This document shows positions 57,245 to 64,000 of a stretch of DNA of 64,000 bases, piece after piece. Both the position numbers and the translations under genes were made by a program. The DNA comes from Minutocellus sp. GHC0000111 (Eukaryota): assembly GCA_977018835.1 (NCBI GenBank), contig OZ361260.1:4030001-4094000 (forward strand), written 5' to 3'. Every line of letters begins with the position of its first letter. Positions within the stretch are counted from its first letter, which is position 1. The notes beneath the pieces were generated by a model that saw nothing but the letters and a program-made list of their open reading frames with translations, made no database searches and had not been told where the DNA came from.

Positions 57245-59893
57245 CTAATCCTTCTTCTTGAACGCTGAAGCATCCCACCCAAAGATCTCAAGGATTTTTT
57301 CTTGAAATTCGGCGCCCTTCTTCTCAAATCCAACAAGAGTCTTCTTGGCCTCATCGGCGAGGTACTTTTCAGCACCCTTGACCTCAACAATGTGCGGAGC
57401 AGAGGCCGAGATGAAATCGAACTCCGGGTCAAGGGCCTTGCCAACGCCATCGAGCTGACTTATCGCTCTTGCCACGAATGCATACTCAGCTGGGAGGGTA
57501 AAATATTCCATCACCTCGGCATCCCCCGGAGGCTTTACTTCCTTCTTTGGCTTTGGTTGCGGCGCCTCTTCGAATGCTTCCTTTTCGCCATTAACTTCGG
57601 CAATGGTAGTATTGGAGCCATTCACTTGCGTGCTATTGCTCTCAGCGATAACCTTGTCGTGTTCCTCTTTCCACTTTGCCTTGGTTCGATTTTTCCTCGC
57701 CTTCATTTTCTCTTGCTGCTTCCTCTTAGCTTCCTTGACCGATATCTTTCCAGTATCAAAGTTGTTCTGCACCTTGGCCTGGACCTTCTTGAGATCAGCA
57801 CCATCCTTTAGGACGCCCATGCGATCGAATGCAGTAACACAAGCTTTGGCATCCATGTCGGTAATGCCCTCAATGACGTCGAGAATGCCGCCGGCCTGGT
57901 CCTCCGAAAGAGCGCAAGCTTGGCCAAAGTCATAGAATACCATTCGCGGAAGCTTCTCGCCATCATCTACCACCTCTACGCCGAGATTGCCCTGTGGATG
58001 AATCGAAGAAAGAGTGAGGTGTTGAAGGTTAGAATCTGAGGGGAAATATCATCAGGCTCAAAACTCCTCATAGCCCGACTTTTCGTGCAGAGAAGGCAAG
58101 ATGTCGCTACTCACCGGGTGAGGATCCGTTGAAAAGAAGCGGTTGGCACAAAATTGGCGCAAATAAGCTCGGGCGAGTGATTCGGCGAGGAATTCTTTGT
58201 CTTCCTTGGTTACACCGGCGGCATTAAGCTTCTTGTTGTCTGTCACTTTTATTGAAGGCACGAATTCCATCACCAACAGCTTTTCCGAACTCAGTTCCTT
58301 GTATGTGTACGGCGTGCGCATCCACTCGGCAGCGCTGGGCAGAGGCTTGCCGTCCATACTAAGAGCGGTACTTTCAATGGCCTTTCCGCCCAATCCAAGT
58401 CCAAAGTCAGTGGCAAATCGGTAAGCATTGTCCGCCTCGTCACGATAGTCAATCTCTCGGTACAAAATCACTTCGGCATCATTGAAGATCTGGCTCCAGC
58501 TCTGCTCGACACCACCGACGTTGCCACGTCCGCCCATCATGTCACCAAACTTGTCAACGCCGGTTGCAATCTTGTGCATCAGTGCCAAATCCTTGTCATA
58601 AATATCCCTCAACCGTGCCCGCTGGACCTTGATGGCCACCTCTTCACCTGACGATCGCAGCTTGGCCCTGTGGACCTGTCCCAAACTAGCCGCCGACAAC
58701 GGAACGTCATCAAATTCGCTAAAGGTGGCATCGAACTCCGCCTTGCCGCCGGGCATGGCGGCATGGACCAAATCGAGGGCCTCCTGGCCGGATTTTGCCG
58801 GTACCCGATCCTGCAACTTGGCCATGGCCGGGATCCATTCGTCCGGCAGCAGATTTTCCCGGCAGGACAATATTTGGCCAATCTTGATGTACAGAGGTCC
58901 GAGACGGAGCAGACCGTCGGCGAACAGGTTGCCCGACTTGGTTTTGAGACTTTCGGATTTGCGCTGGGCCCAGGTTGTGGGTTGGTCGCCGTCATTTGTT
59001 TTTGCAGTTGTACCATTGACCTTGCTTCCATTGACGGCACCGTTGGCACCGTTCACACCATTCACCTTCTTTTCAGCTCCCTTCTCCTTCTTATCAGCCT
59101 TACTATTTCCACCCGGCAAAAGCTTCAACAGTTGCGCCACCATCAGATAGGGAGTAATTTGCATGCAAAGTATCATCAATGCCTTGCCACGCGCGGCCGG
59201 ATCGTCGGCATACCGTCCCCATTCACTGGTGGCATCAACGGACTGCCGTTTGCGCGTGGCCACCGCGTCCCAAAGCGTGGCCAATGCGTATATGATCAAA
59301 GAAGTGTACACGATGGGTTTGATGGCCAATCGGGGAGATGTCCGGAGGGTGGCGAGAAAGTTGGTCAGGGTGGATTGCAGGTTCGTCGAGAGACGTGCGC
59401 CGAGGGCTGCGAGGGCGGCGACAACGCTGGTAGCTGCAGTCGACAGGCCGGCGTCTGTTGCTGCGGCACTTGCAGTAGTAGCAGCTGCCACGGATTGTGA
59501 TTTGATGCCATAGATGGGAGACATGGCCGACACAGGTGCTGTGCTGGTACCCGCAATGCCAAATGCATGTCGGAAGGATTGGATCAGCACGGCCGTTGGG
59601 AGGATATTCCGAGCCGCCCTGTTTGCCTGAGATACAAAAAGGGGAGATTCCGAGGCATTCATGGGTTCAGCATTTAGTATTTGACTGTTGCTCTTATCAT
59701 CATGCGTTGCCGTTGTTCGCAACACATGGTTTATTCTTCCACTGCTCAATGTTGAAGATGACGCATGAGAAGTTGTGCGATGGGATGAGAACGCTTGTGC
59801 TCCTCGGGGGGAAGTAAACGCCGAGCAAACCTCGACGCTGGTCAGCGATGCAATGGCTACGTAGCAGCCGACTGCCGATGTGGAAAACTTCAT
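57245..59893 (-). CDS. ABC1/UbiB atypical kinase, plastid-targeted; intron 57992-58114
   Basis: LGPLYIKIGQILS, LQDRVP, AASLGQVHRA, VAIKVQR, EIDY..EA, DPHP|GN, DFG; CSAF presequence. Confidence 0.93.
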
Positions 59894-60289
59894 GGCCGGT
59901 AGTTATTCTGTTCGTTTATCTCTGCGTTCGTCTCGTCTGCTACAACCGTCATTGTGCTCGGCGATCTTCTCTTCAACTCGGGCGGAACTCGCTCCGCCGA
60001 GAACTTGGCTCATAACCTCTAATGGACTCGATCGACTGCCAAATCAATGGCTCCACGTTGAACGCGCGATGATGGCACGTCATGCGTCACTCAACAAGGA
60101 TACGAGCAAGCGAAAAGGGAGGATAGATCGCTGCTCTGCGCAGCTAGAGCTAGCTGGCGGTATAATTTCTCTGGTTACTGGTTTTGATATTGATCGGCGG
60201 CATCTTTCAAAGCGAAAGCCAGCACATCTTGTGCCAACTACTTTTTATTTTTACACTGAAGTCAAAGTCCCAGACAGAACCAGGTCAAG

Positions 60290-63200
60290 ATGCGCATGGG
60301 CAAGGCCTCCCGCCGGGTCAAGGGTTCGTCCCAGACGTTGGCTCCCGACAGGCCCAAATATGCCTCCCGTGGTCTTGTCGTAGGACAGCTCCAATCCAAT
60401 GTCGTCGCTAGCGTGTACTGGCCTCAAATTGTCGACATTGCCAACGACCAGTTGGAACGGCATGCCGAACTGATGATGGAATACGACGACGAGGTGCAAA
60501 CCATTGTCGAAGATCGACGCAAGGAAAGAGAGCTCAAGAGGTTGGAGAGCGAGGGTGACGACGATGACAAGTACAATCTGGATGATGTCGATATTGAAGA
60601 AGAAGAAGGTGACGACGAAAATGGCGACGCGGCCAAGGAACCGCCATTGTACGCCGACCTGCCCCCACCGCCGACGCCCGCCAGCCGTCTGCTCTTTCAT
60701 TCTCCCGCCCAGCTGGACGATTTGTCGGAAACCATCTTGTCGCCCCATCTCGATCATTTCACCAAAACGGCCGAATGGAAGGTCTACGCCAACGCCGCCA
60801 AGTTCGAACGCTTGTTAGATGAACGCTACGGTCCGTTCCGTCCCTTTGTCGACAAGTATCCCCAAATCGAACGCACGGTCCGAAACATGCAGCGCAAATA
60901 TGCCAAGGGGGAATTCTCCCCCGTCCGACAGGGCGAACCGCCCATTCCCAAATCCACGGCCATCATTATTTTGTTTATGATGCAGCGCAATGCCGTGAGA
61001 TGGGAGGCGTTGGTGCTCGCGGCCACCTTCTTGCTGGTGGGGCTGCAGCCCTGGGCGCTGGTGGTACTCGTGAGCATCGGACATAAGTGGATGATGAATC
61101 GCAAATATCGTCGTGTGGGTGGTATGAAGAAGAGCATTCCTCTCACGGAGCCATACTACAATGTCGGCAGAGAGGCAGAGATTGGGACCAAGGATTTGAA
61201 TGAGGAAGAGGAACGGCAACGCAAGTACGACATCTTGAAAACACCCGTGGGAGTGCCGTTGGATTCTCCCCAGGGCAAGGAAATTGCCGCCGATGTCTTT
61301 GCTGCGAATCAAGACGAGGCCAAGTACGATGCCTTGGTGCTGGGTACTGGCGGTGTAGACAATCTGTACACCGCTGGACTGCTGGCACGCGAGGGCAAAA
61401 AGGTCGTGGTGCTGTGCACCTCCGAGGATGCCTCGGGTGTCGTCGCGTTCGATGCCGGCAAGGATGGTTCGTCCATCAGTGCCAAATGGGACGGCGTTCC
61501 GTTCGATGTGGCATCCAACGACATTTCGCACATCACCCGTCAGCAGCGCATGCTGGCACCGGCCCTGGCCAGCACGGCCGATGCGCAGGGTGGGGTCCGG
61601 TTCGCTCAGGTGGGTTCGGCCGCCGATGGCTACGCTCACACCGTCCTGTCCATCCCCGGTGTGGGTGCCGACAATCATTCCGATTGCACACCGTTTGTCC
61701 TGCATGCCGGTGGCATCGCATCCATTGCCGAGGAGACGGCCGTAGTGCTGGGCGATGGATTGGGCGGCGGTGATTCGTCGTCGGCCCAATATCTTCACTT
61801 TTGCAACGTCGTCAACGACACCGCCTCCAAGTACTACCTGAGCAAGCTCCTGCCCGACGAGGTGAACAACATGCGCAGTGCCGAGGCGTATCAGACGTCG
61901 GGTATCCGCTACGCGTCGGGATATCTCAACAAGCTCATCCCGTTGAACGGCCATGTTCGATCACTTATGGCGGGCATGGGATGTAAGGATGAGAACCTTC
62001 GACCGGGCATGCAGAGCATGGCGGCACATGTTAGCAACGTTGGTGCGCTTTGCTCTCCTGAGGGTATGTGCTACCCCATCGGTGGACCACGGGCGCTCAG
62101 CAAGGCTCTGGAGAGCGTGATTGTTCAGAATGGCGGCAAAGTATTGACGGGCGTTTCGATGAAGGAGTTCATCTTTGAGGAAGAGGAACAAGACGAAAAG
62201 GCTACCAAAATAGAGAGCGATGGCGACAAGAAGGACGATGCCAATAAGGACCCTGCCCCACAATGCATTGGACTTATCCTTGGCGATGGTCGTGAAATCC
62301 GTGTTCGCGAGGACGGCGCTGTCGTTTCCATGCTGGGTTTCATCCCAACCTTTGCCCATCTTCTCAATCCAGATGTCCGGACCAAGCATGGTGTCCCCCG
62401 CGGTCTCCCTGCGCTTTCCGAGCGACGACCACTTCTCAAGATTTTGATCGGTCTCAATGGAACTGCCGATGACCTATCTCTCTCCGGTGCCGATTGGTAC
62501 CGACTCCCGAATGCAAGCCGCGCCTTTGACGAGAGCGATCATATGACGGGTGGGGTCAAGCTCGGTGAAATCGGCATGGGACCTGGTAGCGGAGAAACGG
62601 ATGGCGATGATGCAGGGGAAGACAGTCTTGGCTCTGCGGTTGAGTCTACCGAGACCGGTGAAGGCACTGAAAACACCGCGCGAAGAGGCAAGCACTCCAA
62701 GAAGACGTCTGGAAGGCGCAATAAGTTCGACACTGGCGTTTCTTGGATCAAGGTTTCGTTTCCAAGCGCCAAGGATCCCAGTTGGCACGATCGATACGGT
62801 GATATCAGTACCTGCGTTGTCACCATCGAGGCTGACGATGACTTTGTCACCAAGTTCGATTCCAAGCCAGCCATCTTTTCCAACCATAAGGTTGGAGCCG
62901 ACGTGGCCCAGCGCCTTATGCAAAGGGTTCTTAAGGATGTCCTTCAGACATATCCTCAACTGGAGGGTAAGGTCGCATTCAGCAAGCTTCTTGGACCTGT
63001 TCGAGCAGGTCTCAGCCATAATCCAGAGCGATTTGCCGCCAAGGGCGTTCGACCAGAGACTCTGTATCCCGGCCTCTATGTCGGTGGGTCTGATCTTACT
63101 GTTGGTGATTCCCTCTCGGGATCAATCGTTGGTGGATGGCTGGCGGCTAATGCCGTCATGGATTACAACTTTGTCGACTACATCTTTTTGGAAAAGCACA

Positions 63201-63367
63201 TTGTATCTGATCTTGCTCTCTTTATGAAGAACCGCCGGCGGTCAGGGGACGACGAAATCGCCGTTCCCTTTACCCCCAAACCAGAAATGAAGAAAATCAC
63301 GGATGAACAGGAAAAGCCTGCCGGAGAAGAAGACAGCGCCCCGGCTGAGTCTTCGAAGGAGGAATGA
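60290..63367 (+). CDS. FAD-dependent oxidoreductase, retinol saturase/CrtI-like, with extra N-terminal membrane domain
   Basis: YDALVLGTGG (degenerate Rossmann), YPIGGP, VSFPSAKDPSW, RPET.YPGLYVGGSDL. Confidence 0.8.
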   Translation: MRMGKASRRVKGSSQTLAPDRPKYASRGLVVGQLQSNVVASVYWPQIVDIANDQLERHAELMMEYDDEVQTIVEDRRKERELKRLESEGDDDDKYNLDDVDIEEEEGDDENGDAAKEPPLYADLPPPPTPASRLLFHSPAQLDDLSETILSPHLDHFTKTAEWKVYANAAKFERLLDERYGPFRPFVDKYPQIERTVRNMQRKYAKGEFSPVRQGEPPIPKSTAIIILFMMQRNAVRWEALVLAATFLLVGLQPWALVVLVSIGHKWMMNRKYRRVGGMKKSIPLTEPYYNVGREAEIGTKDLNEEEERQRKYDILKTPVGVPLDSPQGKEIAADVFAANQDEAKYDALVLGTGGVDNLYTAGLLAREGKKVVVLCTSEDASGVVAFDAGKDGSSISAKWDGVPFDVASNDISHITRQQRMLAPALASTADAQGGVRFAQVGSAADGYAHTVLSIPGVGADNHSDCTPFVLHAGGIASIAEETAVVLGDGLGGGDSSSAQYLHFCNVVNDTASKYYLSKLLPDEVNNMRSAEAYQTSGIRYASGYLNKLIPLNGHVRSLMAGMGCKDENLRPGMQSMAAHVSNVGALCSPEGMCYPIGGPRALSKALESVIVQNGGKVLTGVSMKEFIFEEEEQDEKATKIESDGDKKDDANKDPAPQCIGLILGDGREIRVREDGAVVSMLGFIPTFAHLLNPDVRTKHGVPRGLPALSERRPLLKILIGLNGTADDLSLSGADWYRLPNASRAFDESDHMTGGVKLGEIGMGPGSGETDGDDAGEDSLGSAVESTETGEGTENTARRGKHSKKTSGRRNKFDTGVSWIKVSFPSAKDPSWHDRYGDISTCVVTIEADDDFVTKFDSKPAIFSNHKVGADVAQRLMQRVLKDVLQTYPQLEGKVAFSKLLGPVRAGLSHNPERFAAKGVRPETLYPGLYVGGSDLTVGDSLSGSIVGGWLAANAVMDYNFVDYIFLEKHIVSDLALFMKNRRRSGDDEIAVPFTPKPEMKKITDEQEKPAGEEDSAPAESSKEE

Positions 63368-63775
63368 AATGTTGAGCTAGGTACACCTTGCATAAGCTAG
63401 CCACTAGATCTAGCGAGACGTATGCTCCATACAGTGTGTATTTTTGTTTGTTATAAATCTTTACAATGGTAGAGCGCAATTGGCTGGTTAATTTTTCATG
63501 CATTTAATTGTGCCTCGCTGGATAGAGCAATATCAAACCTATTTGCTCGTACCTGCATCCCTTTTGATGTTACACCAATAATTTTACTAGCTAGATCTAT
63601 CGTTGACTTCTTGCGGGATGCCAGGTCACATGTGTGAATGTGAATATGGACTTTAAACGAAGATGAATCTAAGATCTTCTCTCTCTCTCTTTCTTTCTCA
63701 ATTTTTGATAAAAACATACAGTTGTGTTGGTGATGTTGACCCCCCTGGGTTCAAATCGGACAAGCTGTGCCATTT

Positions 63776-64000
63776 TTACATCAACGACGCAGCTTCGCCG
63801 AGAAGGCTCAAGCTGTCACGCTTGGCGGCCTTTCTGCCTCTCTTGGTGGAGCTACCACTGCTCTTACCGGCACCGGCCTTTCGCTTGCGAGGCGAGGAAG
63901 CGGCAGGGGCGGGAGCAGAAGGTGGGACAACGGTCGACGAGACGCCGCCGGCGGGACCTCCAGGAGTTCCATACACGTGCTCGGCGTTGGGGCGGATCTC
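63776..64000 (-). CDS. C-terminal end of a gene extending beyond the window (basic NLS-like tail)
   Basis: GC-rich open frame ending PRKRKAG..KRGRKAAKR..SLM-stop. Confidence 0.5.
   Translation of the reverse strand, partial: EIRPNAEHVYGTPGGPAGGVSSTVVPPSAPAPAASSPRKRKAGAGKSSGSSTKRGRKAAKRDSLSLLGEAASLM

Overview
Eukaryotic, gene-dense nuclear DNA from a stramenopile, most likely a diatom. The evidence is short GT-AG introns, ASAF-type bipartite plastid-targeting peptides, TTAGGG repeats and diatom-style gene families. About 30 protein genes are present. Recognisable ones include eIF3e, SFT2, a GT8 glycosyltransferase, PARN, a fasciclin, TMEM164-like, LTO1-like, TSR2, SDHA, MATH-BTB-SAP, selenoprotein O, a class 3 lipase, nucleoredoxin-like, a truncated glutamate-receptor-like gene, ABC1 kinase and RETSAT-like. 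The main accessory feature is a 4,021-bp Tc1/mariner element (8518-12538) with TA target duplications, ~47-bp TIRs, a disrupted DD38D transposase and an intact convergent cargo ORF of unknown function. Its left arm is almost free of TpA, whereas intergenic DNA is full of TA-flanked palindromes that look like Tc1/mariner excision footprints. One such palindrome frameshifts PARN. Other highlights are a UGA-recoded SelO (…MS-U-SS) with a downstream hairpin, a HIRAN-AlkB-like fusion, a head-on deletion junction truncating two genes, and telomere-like repeats near gene starts. Many single-base frameshifts at homopolymers suggest long-read assembly errors. All family assignments come from motif recognition by eye; no searches were run.
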